Positions 46,685-56,261 of a DNA stretch of 64,000 nucleotides are shown here, piece by piece. The translations under genes were made by a program, and so were the position numbers. The DNA comes from Verrucomicrobiota bacterium (GTDB taxonomy: Bacteria > Verrucomicrobiota > Verrucomicrobiia > Chthoniobacterales > JACTMZ01). Every line of letters starts with the position of its first letter. The stretch's first letter is position 1. A model generated the notes under the pieces. It did no database searches and was not told the origin of the DNA. It saw only the letters and a list, made by a program, of their open reading frames with translations. Location: NCBI GenBank assembly GCA_014584375.1, contig JACTMZ010000103.1:90-64089 (forward strand), in the 5' to 3' direction.

Positions 46685-47488
46685 TTAAAAAAACGGATTG
46701 TTGGATTTTTCCCAGCCGACCGTGGTGAGCGGTCCATGGCCGGGACAAAGGATGGTGTCGTCCGGAAGTCCGAGAATTTCGCGCCGAATCGCCTTGAGTG
46801 CGCCGGAGTAGTCGCTTCGCACGCCGCCGATGGAGCCCGCGAAAAGTGCGTCGCCGACAATCGCAGCCCTCGCCGCCAGACCTTCTATGAGAAATGTGGT
46901 TCCGCCCGGAGTGTGTCCGGGGGTTGATCGCGTGCGGATAAAATGTTTTCCGACATTGAACAAATCGCCCGGGCGAAATGTGCCTGCGCCGCGAACAGGT
47001 TCTGCTTCCGCAACCCACGCTTCGGCATCAAGCTCGTGCAAAAGGGCATCGAGTGAGCCGGTGTGATCGGGGTGACTGTGGGTGAGAAAAATGGCCGCGA
47101 CATCGAGCGTTTCACGCCGCACCAGATCCAAAATCGGACGCGCATCAAGGCCGGTGTCAAAAATGGCGGCTGCGCGCGTCGCGGGATCCCAGACAACATA
47201 GGCGTTGACGGTTGTGTCACCAAATGTCTCGGTCACGGTCGCAAGCCACACGGGGGCGGGAATCTCCGGCGGGCGGTTTCCCTGGGCCAGGCGGACGAGG
47301 GCATCCGCCCGAAGCTTCAATGTCGGCGCCAGGGCCCGCAGGTCGTCTTGGTCAAACTCCCCGGCGATCAGTCGGCACACGGAATCCTCCGGAATTCCCG
47401 CGATTGCGGCGGCCTCGCCCGGCGCAAGTCCCAGCCCCTGCATCGCCTTGCCAAGCACATCGGAAAAATTGTCTTCCAGTGGAATCAT
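46685..47488 (-). CDS. metallo-beta-lactamase-fold hydrolase with an N-terminal HTH-like domain
   Basis: THSHPDHTG (HxHxDH) plus downstream His/Asp ligand contexts. The N-terminal ~70 aa resemble a short XRE-like HTH. The start overlaps the upstream ABC gene stop by 4 nt. Confidence 0.8.
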   Translation of the reverse strand: MIPLEDNFSDVLGKAMQGLGLAPGEAAAIAGIPEDSVCRLIAGEFDQDDLRALAPTLKLRADALVRLAQGNRPPEIPAPVWLATVTETFGDTTVNAYVVWDPATRAAAIFDTGLDARPILDLVRRETLDVAAIFLTHSHPDHTGSLDALLHELDAEAWVAEAEPVRGAGTFRPGDLFNVGKHFIRTRSTPGHTPGGTTFLIEGLAARAAIVGDALFAGSIGGVRSDYSGALKAIRREILGLPDDTILCPGHGPLTTVGWEKSNNPFF

Positions 47489-50400
47489 GCCGGTGTGCTT
47501 TTCAACTGCTTTCGCAGGACGAAGTAAAGGGCTTGAAATGTGACGAGGGAGGAAATGACAAGCACCCAGGTGTTGAATGTGAGCACGCTGGATTGAACCC
47601 CAAAGTACCGTTTTTCCGGCCCAAAGAAGACGTTGAGGAAACGGCTTTCGCGGTAATCGCTTTGTTCCATCTCCGCCTTGTTTACGAGATCGGTGATCTT
47701 TTGATTCACAAACAGGCGTTCGGCGCTGAGGTCGCCTTCGGAGGGCTCAAGCAGCTCCGGGGAAGGAGGAGCGCCGTGAATGGCTCTGTCAATCCACCGC
47801 AGCCGGGTGTTGATTTCCCCGGTGCTTTTTCCGTGCAGCCCGGAGAGGGCGGCGAGCAGTTCCTTGAGGTCGTCAAGTCGTTGCTGTTCGCCTTCGGTCA
47901 GATGCGTGGTGCGAGCGAGGCGGTTGATCTGCTTCTGAATGGCCTCCTGACGTCCGGTGAGGGGATTTAATTTTGCCTGTGCATAGACGAGCGCCTCGTA
48001 GGACCAGCGCATGGGCATGAACTCGCAGATCAGCGGCACCTGCAGATCGCTGCGCGGCTCCCCCGCATCGGGATTTTGCGAAAACCAACGGCTGATCGAA
48101 TAGACAAAGTCGAGGTTCTTGTTCATTTCCTCATACTTGATCAGCGCACCCCCGAGAATGATTTGCGGAATGAGGACGATGGGAATGATGTTCACCGCTG
48201 TTTTTCCTTCGTGTACGAGACTGGAAATAAGCAGGCCGATGGCGATGCCGCTCACGGCGGTGAGAACCATCGCCACCAGGAAAATCCAGAACATGCCCCG
48301 CACTTCGAGAATGTAATTGCCGATGAGAATGAAGAGTATGCTTTGAATTACGGCAAACAGGGAAAGTGTCAGTACTTTGGCCAAAATGTAGTAGCCCAGA
48401 CGTACGTTGAGATTGCGCTCGCGCTGTAAGACCGGGCGGTCGCGAATGATGTCGTCCACGCTGTTGGTCAGGCCCAGGAACATCGCCACGACGAGCGCGA
48501 GAAAGAGGTAGGTGGGAATGTGAAAGGACGAGGCAAAATCGTAGTGGCCGGATTCGGAATAGCGCAGCACGGCGCCGATGAGTGCGGCCAGCAGCGGCGC
48601 CTCCACCATGGTGGTGAGCAGGTTGCCCCGGTTGCGCAGCTTGCTGATGAAGGCGCGGGCCAGCAGGGTGCGAAACTGCAAAAATTCCCGCCGCAGAAAA
48701 CCGCGCAAGGACCAGCGGGATTCCGAGGGGGTGTCTTCGGCGAACGACGGCGAGGAGTCCGCCGCCGGCTGGCGTACGTCGCGCATGAGCCGCCAGGCCT
48801 CGTATTTGTCGCGCCAGTAATCCGGCGAATAGCGCCGCACAGGCACAAGCTGTCCGCGATCGTTTTCCTCGTAAATCACATCGCCCCCAAGATCTCGGAG
48901 CGGAGTTTCCAAAACATCGAAGACAAATTCGGGGCGCGTGGTGCCGCAGGCGGGACATCCGCCCAGCGGTGTGCCGAAATGCTGTTGATGCTCCGCCTCC
49001 GCAAAATAGGAAAGCATTTCGGACGGGGTTCCGAAAAACACCATGCGCCCACCGCGATCCAGCAGCATGGCCTTGTTGAACATTTGGAAAATTTTCGAAC
49101 TCGGCTGGTGGATCGTCACCACGACGATCTTGTTGTGGGACATGGCCCGGATGATTTCCATGACGTGCTCCGAATCCTTGGATGACAGCCCGGAGGTTGG
49201 TTCGTCGAAGAGGTAAATGTCGGCCGAGCTGATCATGTCGAGGCCGATGTTGAGGCGTTTGCGCTCGCCGCCGCTCAGCGTTTTGCGGTGCGTTGCGCCG
49301 ACCACGCTGTCGCGGCGTTCGTTGAGGCCGAGTTCGGCGAGCTTGCCGTCAATGCGCCGCCCGCGCTCCCGGCGCGACAGGTAGGGGGAGCGGATCGCCG
49401 CCGCAAAGTTCAGGTTTTCACGGATGGTCAGATGTTCGTCAAACGCATCGAACTGGGGGATGTAGGTGACGTATTGCTTGAGCGCGTCAAAATTACCGTA
49501 AAGGGGCGTTCCGTTGAAAAGAACTTCTCCGCGCACCGGTGGAAATTGTCCGGCCAAAGCACGAAGCAAACTGCTTTTCCCGGAGCCGCTGGCACCCATC
49601 ACGCAGATCATCTCCCCACGGGTCGCCGGGAAGCTGACGCCGTCCACCCCGAGGGCTCCGTTTTTAAAGCGGCAGATCAGGTCGCGGACTTCGAGGTGGT
49701 GAATCACATTGCGTTCCTCCACCAGCAGGCGTTCGGAAAAGTTGCAACGCAGGGACTGGGTGGCGTCAATTTGAATCAAATCCCCGTCGCGCAGCGGAGT
49801 TTCATTGCGAATCGGGAGTTCCCCGATGAGAACCGGATGATCGGCTTTGAGAACTTCGAGGCGTCCGACCAGAAGCTGAAAATCACAAAAGATGCGCAGC
49901 AGAATTTCTCCGCCCGCACCGGGAGCAAGCAGGATGTCGTCCTCATCGAGCAGTGACGGATTGTTGGAGACGAGATAGGTGGTTTTTGACTGCTTGAGAT
50001 GGAAGCGACCGCCGTAGGAACGGGCCTGGCGGCGCAGATCGCCGAGGGCCAGCTCGGTGTCGTTGTCGAAGATGATTTTGTCCTCCAGCGTCGCCTCAAC
50101 CTGCGTCCCCAGGGTCAGGCGCCGACCGTTGAGGGTGGCATCCACGGACTTCAGCGCCACCACGAGAATTTTGAGCCCGAAACGAACCTCCAACGAACTG
50201 TCACGTGTTCGGTTTTTCTCCAGCTGGATCTCGTTGCTGTCGGTGACTGTGACGAAAATGTGCGCGACCGACACATTTTTCTTGGCGTTGAAGTAGTAAA
50301 CGAGGTCCTGATACGTGAGCACGTTTTCGTCCACCACGATGCGCTGACCGGGATAGACCCGTGAAAATTCGCCGGGGCGCAGGGCGCGTCCCTGCACGGA

Positions 50401-51087
50401 CACCGGATGATCGCAGAGATTTTTGACGAGAAGGAGTTCCCCGTGGCGGTAGGAGGCGAGCCGGTTGTCGCCGGAAAGTTCGCGCATCTGCACGTCGGCA
50501 TCCTCGCCGGAGCCGAAGATGACGGACTCCAATGGACTTGAATTGGCGTCAAAAAATTCGCTGCGCGAGGGCATGGCGTCGCTGTTGAGCTGATAAACAA
50601 TGTCAATGGCCTGCGACGCGGTGCCGAGCTGCTCCATGAACGCGTAGTAGGCGGCCATGTTGTCTGTGTTCATTCCCGCGCGATGCACCAGATCGTAGAG
50701 CTGGATGCCGAGAAGAATTTTACGGTCTTCGCTCAGCCGTCCGCGCAGTTCATGCGCCATGGCGGTCAGATCGGGCTTTTCCTGGAGGGCCTGACGGAAG
50801 AGCGTGCGCAGTTCCGAATAAACCGCCTCGGGATAGTCGTAGCGCAGAAAGCCGAGGCTGGAATCAATCTCCTCTTCGAGCAGTCTTCCGTCCACCCGCG
50901 CAAAACCGGCCAGCACCTTGATAAGCAGTGGCAGCAGGTTCGGGGCTTCCGCCACGGTGCGGGGACGCCGCAGGATGCGTCGGAGAAGCGATTCGCCGGC
51001 ATGGCGCATGCGGTAAAATTTCCCCAATATTCCCTCCAGCCGCCGGGGTGGCGGGGAGGGGGTGGAGGAGGTTTCCTTGGCTGACAT
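47485..51087 (-). CDS. ABCG-type (ATPase + ABC-2 permease) transporter with an N-terminal TerB-like domain and FHA-like domains
   Basis: 1200 aa. N-terminal ...KVLAGFARVDGRLLEEEIDS... is a TerB/DjlA-N-like pattern. Two beta-rich FHA-like segments follow, then Walker A GASGSGKSSLL, signature LSGGERKRLNIG, Walker B YLFDEPTSGLS and a C-terminal six-helix ABC-2 domain. Confidence 0.8.
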   Translation of the reverse strand: MSAKETSSTPSPPPRRLEGILGKFYRMRHAGESLLRRILRRPRTVAEAPNLLPLLIKVLAGFARVDGRLLEEEIDSSLGFLRYDYPEAVYSELRTLFRQALQEKPDLTAMAHELRGRLSEDRKILLGIQLYDLVHRAGMNTDNMAAYYAFMEQLGTASQAIDIVYQLNSDAMPSRSEFFDANSSPLESVIFGSGEDADVQMRELSGDNRLASYRHGELLLVKNLCDHPVSVQGRALRPGEFSRVYPGQRIVVDENVLTYQDLVYYFNAKKNVSVAHIFVTVTDSNEIQLEKNRTRDSSLEVRFGLKILVVALKSVDATLNGRRLTLGTQVEATLEDKIIFDNDTELALGDLRRQARSYGGRFHLKQSKTTYLVSNNPSLLDEDDILLAPGAGGEILLRIFCDFQLLVGRLEVLKADHPVLIGELPIRNETPLRDGDLIQIDATQSLRCNFSERLLVEERNVIHHLEVRDLICRFKNGALGVDGVSFPATRGEMICVMGASGSGKSSLLRALAGQFPPVRGEVLFNGTPLYGNFDALKQYVTYIPQFDAFDEHLTIRENLNFAAAIRSPYLSRRERGRRIDGKLAELGLNERRDSVVGATHRKTLSGGERKRLNIGLDMISSADIYLFDEPTSGLSSKDSEHVMEIIRAMSHNKIVVVTIHQPSSKIFQMFNKAMLLDRGGRMVFFGTPSEMLSYFAEAEHQQHFGTPLGGCPACGTTRPEFVFDVLETPLRDLGGDVIYEENDRGQLVPVRRYSPDYWRDKYEAWRLMRDVRQPAADSSPSFAEDTPSESRWSLRGFLRREFLQFRTLLARAFISKLRNRGNLLTTMVEAPLLAALIGAVLRYSESGHYDFASSFHIPTYLFLALVVAMFLGLTNSVDDIIRDRPVLQRERNLNVRLGYYILAKVLTLSLFAVIQSILFILIGNYILEVRGMFWIFLVAMVLTAVSGIAIGLLISSLVHEGKTAVNIIPIVLIPQIILGGALIKYEEMNKNLDFVYSISRWFSQNPDAGEPRSDLQVPLICEFMPMRWSYEALVYAQAKLNPLTGRQEAIQKQINRLARTTHLTEGEQQRLDDLKELLAALSGLHGKSTGEINTRLRWIDRAIHGAPPSPELLEPSEGDLSAERLFVNQKITDLVNKAEMEQSDYRESRFLNVFFGPEKRYFGVQSSVLTFNTWVLVISSLVTFQALYFVLRKQLKSTPA

Positions 51088-51209
51088 TGATGGGAAATTA
51101 GCCCGCTGCGGCGCGCCCGCAAAGCCTTTGCATCGTAAATTTCACGCAGTCGTGAATTGCACCCCGCTCCCGGTTCAGGCTTAATCAGTCCCTTCATTTC
51201 GCAAAAATC

Positions 51210-52307
51210 ATGCCGTCAAAAAAAAATCCTGATCCGCTTCCGATGGAAAACGTGCGCATTCGCCGCTACACGCGATTGATCGCACCGGCGGTCGTCAAGG
51301 AATCCCTGCCCGTCCCCGATGCGGCGCGTGAAACCGTGGCTCTCGGACGATCCGAGGCGCAGGCGATTGTTCATGGAACGGATTCCCGCTTTCTCGCCAT
51401 CGTGGGCCCCTGTTCGATTCATGATCCTGCCGGAGCGCTCGATTACGCCCGCCGTCTTGCCGCGCTCCGCCGCGAACTCGGGGATGTCCTGTGCATTTTC
51501 ATGCGGGTTTATTTTGAAAAACCCCGCACGACTGTCGGCTGGAAGGGGCTGATCAATGATCCGCACATGGATCAAACCTTTGATCTGCGCGTCGGATTGC
51601 GTCAGGCGCGCAAGCTGCTTTTGGACATTGCCGCGCTGGGACTGCCGCCCGCAACCGAATTTCTGGATCCTATCATTCCGCAATACATCGCTGATGTGGT
51701 CGGATGGTCGGCCATCGGCGCGCGCACGACGGAATCCCAAACGCATCGCGAGTTGGCCAGCGGACTGTCCATGCCGGTGGGATTTAAAAACAGTACCGAC
51801 GGCAGCATTCAGACCGCCTTGGACGCCCTGCTCTCGGCAAAATCCGCGCACAGTTTCCTCGGCATTGACGAGGAGGGGTGTACCAGCATGGTGCGGACGT
51901 CGGGAAATCCCGATCTGCACATTGTGCTGCGCGGCGGGCGTGCGGGGGCAAATTACAGTTCGCGCCACACGGCGGAAACCGAGAGACGTTTGCGCGAGGC
52001 CGGTTTGGAGCCCCGCTTTATGGTGGATTGCAGTCATGCCAATTCGGCCAAAGATCCCCGCCGCCAAAGCGTGGTTTGGCGCAGCATCCTTTCACAGCGC
52101 CGTCGGGGTCGCGTTTCGATTATCGGCGGCATGTTGGAAAGTTATATTGAGGAGGGAAATCAACCGGTCAATGCCGACCGAGCCCGCCTGCGCTACGGCG
52201 TTTCGGTGACCGACGGGTGCATTGACTGGAAAACGACGGAGAAGCTTTTGCGGGCGGCGGCGGAGAGCGAGCGCAAGGCGCGCACGGCGACGGCGTCTGC
52301 AAAATGA
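51210..52307 (+). CDS. aroG: class I 3-deoxy-7-phosphoheptulonate (DAHP) synthase
   Basis: IVGPCSIHD, MRVYFEKPRTTVGWKGLINDP and GxKNxTDG match the AroF/G/H family. Confidence 0.93.
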   Translation: MPSKKNPDPLPMENVRIRRYTRLIAPAVVKESLPVPDAARETVALGRSEAQAIVHGTDSRFLAIVGPCSIHDPAGALDYARRLAALRRELGDVLCIFMRVYFEKPRTTVGWKGLINDPHMDQTFDLRVGLRQARKLLLDIAALGLPPATEFLDPIIPQYIADVVGWSAIGARTTESQTHRELASGLSMPVGFKNSTDGSIQTALDALLSAKSAHSFLGIDEEGCTSMVRTSGNPDLHIVLRGGRAGANYSSRHTAETERRLREAGLEPRFMVDCSHANSAKDPRRQSVVWRSILSQRRRGRVSIIGGMLESYIEEGNQPVNADRARLRYGVSVTDGCIDWKTTEKLLRAAAESERKARTATASAK

Positions 52308-52957
52308 CCGTGCTTGAAACATCCGTGCGCGACGCTGTGTGGGCGGCGCTGGATTTCGAGAGCTCGGGAGCGTCGCCCGGTCAGCCCGATGAGCCGGTGC
52401 AGGTGGGGATGGCGGTGTGGAATCCGAAAGCGGGTGCGCCGGGAAATTTTTTCCGCTCCTACGTACGTTCTTCCGCCCCCATCGCGCCTGCGGCGGAAAA
52501 GGTGCATCGTATCAGCGACGGCGACATTGCGAACGCTCCGACCATGTCCGCCTTGTGGCCGGAATTTAAAAAACGTCTGACCGGCGCCGTCGTGGTGGCT
52601 CATGGAGCGGGAACGGAAAAACGTTTTTTGCGGGTCTTTCCTTTTCATGGATTTGGCCCGTGGGTGGACACCCTTTCCATCAGCCGGGCGGTTCTTCCGG
52701 ATTTGTCGGAGCATTCCCTCGGCGGCGTGATTGCCGCGCTCAAATTGGAGGATGAGGTGCGCGGACTGTGCCCGGAATTGGGATGGCATGATGCGCTCTT
52801 TGACGCCGCAGCCTGTCTCGTGCTGCTGAGGCATTTGGTGAATCGCTTGGATCTGGGCGGGCTGACCGTCGGGCAAATGCGCGGCCTTGATGCTGCTGCT
52901 TATCACCGCCGCCGCGCCTTGCGGCGATCCGCCGACGAAGCCGGTTGGCAAAATTGA
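52304..52957 (+). CDS. DEDDh 3'-5' exonuclease (DnaQ/epsilon-like)
   Basis: Exo I ALDFESSG, Exo II-like VVAHGAGTEKRFL and Exo III HDALFDA. 4-nt overlap with the aroG stop. Confidence 0.7.
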   Translation: MTVLETSVRDAVWAALDFESSGASPGQPDEPVQVGMAVWNPKAGAPGNFFRSYVRSSAPIAPAAEKVHRISDGDIANAPTMSALWPEFKKRLTGAVVVAHGAGTEKRFLRVFPFHGFGPWVDTLSISRAVLPDLSEHSLGGVIAALKLEDEVRGLCPELGWHDALFDAAACLVLLRHLVNRLDLGGLTVGQMRGLDAAAYHRRRALRRSADEAGWQN

Positions 52958-52973
52958 AAACAATCCGATTCAA

Positions 52974-52996
52974 GCCTTCCCAAAAAAGGCTTTTTG
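52974..52996 (+). terminator. candidate intrinsic terminator after the exonuclease gene
   Basis: GCCTT-cccaaaa-AAGGC followed by TTTTTG. The stem is short (5 bp) but the T-tract is clean, 17 nt after the stop. Confidence 0.35.
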
Positions 52997-53045
52997 TTGG
53001 CCTTGTCCTTCGTCGAAGTTGCCGGTAATTTCCCCGGCAACTCGC

Positions 53046-53231
53046 ATGAGTGTACTTTATCTGACCATTTTTATCAGCTTTGTATTGGCCCTGTTTTTCG
53101 CGGCTGGATTTTTATATCACCATGATTTTTCCGGCGGGGATCCGCTGCGGGACAGCCTGTTGCCATTCAACAGGGGGGAACGGGAAAAGCCGGTGTCCGG
53201 AGAAATTGAAGAGGGACGCAAATTGTCATGA
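53046..53231 (+). CDS. ccoS: cbb3 oxidase maturation protein CcoS/FixS
   Basis: 61 aa. MSVLYLTIFISFVLALFF... is a single TM helix of the size and start typical of CcoS. It overlaps the ccoN start by 4 nt. The ORF-track 5' extension from 52887 is unlikely to be real. Confidence 0.65.
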   Translation: MSVLYLTIFISFVLALFFAAGFLYHHDFSGGDPLRDSLLPFNRGEREKPVSGEIEEGRKLS

Positions 53232-55543
53232 GCGCTGCAGGAAACGTTACGGTGGAGTACAACGACAAAATCGTTCGCTGGTTTATGCTGGCTGCGATTT
53301 TTTGGGGCATCGTTGGAATGCTGGTGGGGGTTCTCATCGCGTCACAGCTCGCATTTTGGCAGCTTAATTTCGGAATTTCCTGGCTTACCTTCGGGCGGCT
53401 GCGTCCGCTGCATACCAATGCGGCCATTTTTGCCTTTGTGGGCAACATGATGTTCACCGGGATTTATCATTCGACCCAGAGGCTGACGCGTACACGTCTG
53501 GCTTCGGATTTTCTCTCGTGGGTGCATTTTTGGGGCTGGCAGCTGATTATTGTTGGCGCGGCGATCACGCTGCCGCTGGGGTTGACGAGGAGTAAGGAGT
53601 ACGCCGAGCTAATCTGGCCTCTGGACATTGCGGTCGTGGTGATCTGGGTTGTCTTCGCCATCAACTTTTTCTGGACGCTGGCGGTGCGCAATGAGAAGTC
53701 GCTCTATGTCGCCATCTGGTTTTACATCGCGACCATCATTACGGTGGCGATGCTGTACATCGTCAATCACCTGCAGATTCCCACAAGCTGGCTGCACGGG
53801 TATCCGATATTTGGCGGGGTGCAGGATGCGCTGGTGCAGTGGTGGTATGGGCACAACGCCGTCGCATTTTTCCTGACCACGCCGATTCTCGGCATCATGT
53901 ACTACTATTTGCCGAAGGCCGCGGAGCGTCCGGTTTACAGCTACCGCTTGTCCATCGTTCACTTTTGGTCGCTGGTGTTCATTTACATTTGGGCGGGTCC
54001 GCACCATCTGCTCAACACCGCGCTGCCCGAGTGGCTGCAGACCCTTGGCATGATTTTCAGCCTGATGCTCTGGGCTCCTTCGTGGGGCGGCATGCTCAAT
54101 GGCCTGCTCACCCTGCGCGGCGCGTGGGACAAGGTGCGCACCGATCCCATTCTCAAGTTTTTTGCGGCGGGAGTGACGTTTTACGGCATGGCCACGTTTG
54201 AAGGGCCGCTGCTGGCCATTCGTTCGGTCAATTCCCTGTCGCATTACACCGATTGGACGATTGGGCATGTTCACGCCGGGACGCTCGGGTGGAACAGTTT
54301 TATGGCGGCGGGCATGTTTTACTGGCTGACTCCGAGGCTGTGGGGCACGAAGTTGTATTCAACGCGACTGGCCGACATTCATTTTTGGATCGGCATGGTT
54401 GGCATTCTTCTCTACGTCGCTGCAATGTGGGTTTCCGGAATCACCACCGGACTCATGCTCAACTCGGTGACGCCCGAGGGTGTTCTGGCCTATCCCAACT
54501 TCCTTGAAGCGGTCAATTCCGTGCGTCCGATGCAGCACATGCGCGCCTTGGGCGGAGGACTCTTCCTGGCGGGATTTGTCCTGATGGCCTACAACCTTGG
54601 TCGCACGATTTTGGCCGGGCGTCCGGTCACGACGGTGATTGAAGTGCCGGGCGGGGAGCGGCGGATGCGTGAGGGATTGACGCTGGCGCAGAGCATCTTT
54701 AATCCGCCCGTTATTTATTCGGTTTTAATCGTTGTCTTCGCCTCCCTGTGGGGATTCACCGGCGCGATTTCCTCGACCGTGGCGTTTGTGCTCATGATTG
54801 AAACGGCATTGGTGGCAATGATTCACATGAGCATCGCCGGTGCGAGGTGGAGCGATTGGTATGAGCGTCTGCTGGAGAGCTGGCTGCCATTTTCCATTCT
54901 AACCCTTGTCGCGGTGGCGGCGGGAGGAATGATCCAAATTTTGCCGCTGGTTTATTCCAAGGCTGCGGTGGATTACGAAAAGGCGGCGCAGCATGTTTAT
55001 ACACCGTTGGAGCTTTACGGGCGGGATATTTACGTGCGCGAGGGCTGCTATACCTGCCACAGCCAAATGATCCGCTCGTTGGTTGGAGACGTGCTGCGCT
55101 ATGGTCCGAGCGGAAGGCTTGGGGAGTCCGTCTATGATTTCCCATATCAATGGGGATCCAAGCGAACCGGCCCGGATTTGTCCCGCGTGGGGGCGAAATA
55201 TCCGAACATCTGGCATTTTCAGCATTTCGAAAATCCGCGCTCAACCTCCGTCGGCAGCAACATGCCGGCTTATCCCTGGCTCTTTCGACAGACGGCGGAT
55301 TTCGATGTTTTGCCATCGAGAATTCGCGTGCTGCGGACGCTTGGTGTTCCGTTCCCGGAGCGTTCGGTCGCGCAGTTGAGGGAGGATTTTGACGCACAGG
55401 GCCGGGAAATCGCGGCGGATTTGGCCAAGGCCGGAATTGAGATCAGTCCGGATCGCGAAGTCATTGCCCTGATTGCCTACATTCAGCAGCTCGGAAAATC
55501 CGCCGCCGGGCAGCCACCACAAACGGCAAAGAACCAGCCATGA
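53228..55543 (+). CDS. ccoNO: cbb3-type cytochrome c oxidase, fused subunits I and II (CcoN-CcoO)
   Basis: 771 aa. The N-terminal ~480 aa is a 12+ TM haem-copper oxidase (HWxxGHNAV, HHL, GHVHxGxLGW contexts). The C-terminal part has a TM anchor plus CYTCHSQMIR (CxxCH) and the FixO-like tail GPDLSRVGAKY. Confidence 0.9.
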   Translation: MSAAGNVTVEYNDKIVRWFMLAAIFWGIVGMLVGVLIASQLAFWQLNFGISWLTFGRLRPLHTNAAIFAFVGNMMFTGIYHSTQRLTRTRLASDFLSWVHFWGWQLIIVGAAITLPLGLTRSKEYAELIWPLDIAVVVIWVVFAINFFWTLAVRNEKSLYVAIWFYIATIITVAMLYIVNHLQIPTSWLHGYPIFGGVQDALVQWWYGHNAVAFFLTTPILGIMYYYLPKAAERPVYSYRLSIVHFWSLVFIYIWAGPHHLLNTALPEWLQTLGMIFSLMLWAPSWGGMLNGLLTLRGAWDKVRTDPILKFFAAGVTFYGMATFEGPLLAIRSVNSLSHYTDWTIGHVHAGTLGWNSFMAAGMFYWLTPRLWGTKLYSTRLADIHFWIGMVGILLYVAAMWVSGITTGLMLNSVTPEGVLAYPNFLEAVNSVRPMQHMRALGGGLFLAGFVLMAYNLGRTILAGRPVTTVIEVPGGERRMREGLTLAQSIFNPPVIYSVLIVVFASLWGFTGAISSTVAFVLMIETALVAMIHMSIAGARWSDWYERLLESWLPFSILTLVAVAAGGMIQILPLVYSKAAVDYEKAAQHVYTPLELYGRDIYVREGCYTCHSQMIRSLVGDVLRYGPSGRLGESVYDFPYQWGSKRTGPDLSRVGAKYPNIWHFQHFENPRSTSVGSNMPAYPWLFRQTADFDVLPSRIRVLRTLGVPFPERSVAQLREDFDAQGREIAADLAKAGIEISPDREVIALIAYIQQLGKSAAGQPPQTAKNQP

Positions 55544-55707
55544 TACGGCAACTGCAAATTCCGGATTGGGGCATGGCCGTGGGGGCACTTGCTTTTTTTG
55601 TAACTTTTGCCGTGTTTGCAGCGGTGGTGTTGCAAACGCTGCGGATGCCGGGGAAAAAACTGGAGAAACTCGAAAATCTGCCGTGGGCGGATGATCCAAA
55701 GTCATGA
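55540..55707 (+). CDS. small single-TM protein at the CcoQ position (not in the ORF track, 55 aa)
   Basis: My own translation is MIRQLQIPDWGMAVGALAFFVTFAVFAAVVLQTLRMPGKKLEKLENLPWADDPKS. ATGA overlaps link it to both ccoNO (55540-55543) and ccoP (55704-55707). Confidence 0.5.
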   Translation: MIRQLQIPDWGMAVGALAFFVTFAVFAAVVLQTLRMPGKKLEKLENLPWADDPKS

Positions 55708-56249
55708 AGGACGCGCAACAGCACGACACCGATGAGCTGCGCCATCACATTTACGATGGCATTCAGGAGTACGACAAACGCATGCCCAACTGGTGGCTCT
55801 TCACGCTCTATGGCGCGATGGTGTTTGCCGTGATTTACTGGGCCTATTACCATTGGGCCGCGCACATGACCCCCGGTTATGTACGAGTGGAGAAGCAGAT
55901 CGAGGAATTTCAGAAATCAGCCCTTGCGGGTGGTGCGGCACCGACTGACGCACAGCTGTGGAAAATGAGTCGCGATCCGGCTGTCGTGGAGAGCGGTCAG
56001 AAAATCTACATGGCCAACTGCGTGGCTTGCCATGGACAAAATCTCGAGGGCGGCATCGGTCAGAACCTCACGGACACCACATGGGTTCACGGAGGGACGC
56101 CCACGGATATTTACAACACCATCACCAAAGGCGTACTCGACAAGGGCATGCCCGTGTGGGGCCCCGTCCTCGGCGCCGGCCGCATCAGCGATGTCGTGGC
56201 CTTCGTCATCAGCAAAAATCCGACGATCCAGCAACCGCCGGAGATGTGA
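55704..56249 (+). CDS. ccoP: cbb3 oxidase subunit III, short mono-haem form (CcoP)
   Basis: N-terminal YDGIQEYDKRMPNWWLF (the FixP N-terminal motif) and a TM helix, then a single CVACHG haem-c site. Canonical CcoP is di-haem. Confidence 0.8.
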   Translation: MKDAQQHDTDELRHHIYDGIQEYDKRMPNWWLFTLYGAMVFAVIYWAYYHWAAHMTPGYVRVEKQIEEFQKSALAGGAAPTDAQLWKMSRDPAVVESGQKIYMANCVACHGQNLEGGIGQNLTDTTWVHGGTPTDIYNTITKGVLDKGMPVWGPVLGAGRISDVVAFVISKNPTIQQPPEM

Positions 56250-56261
56250 CCCGGCAGCGGC

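Noticed and set aside
52951-52975. A TTGAA-N10-TTCAA inverted repeat upstream of ccoS, considered as an FNR/Anr box.
   Set aside because: Canonical FNR sites are TTGAT-N4-ATCAA. The spacing and half-sites here do not fit.
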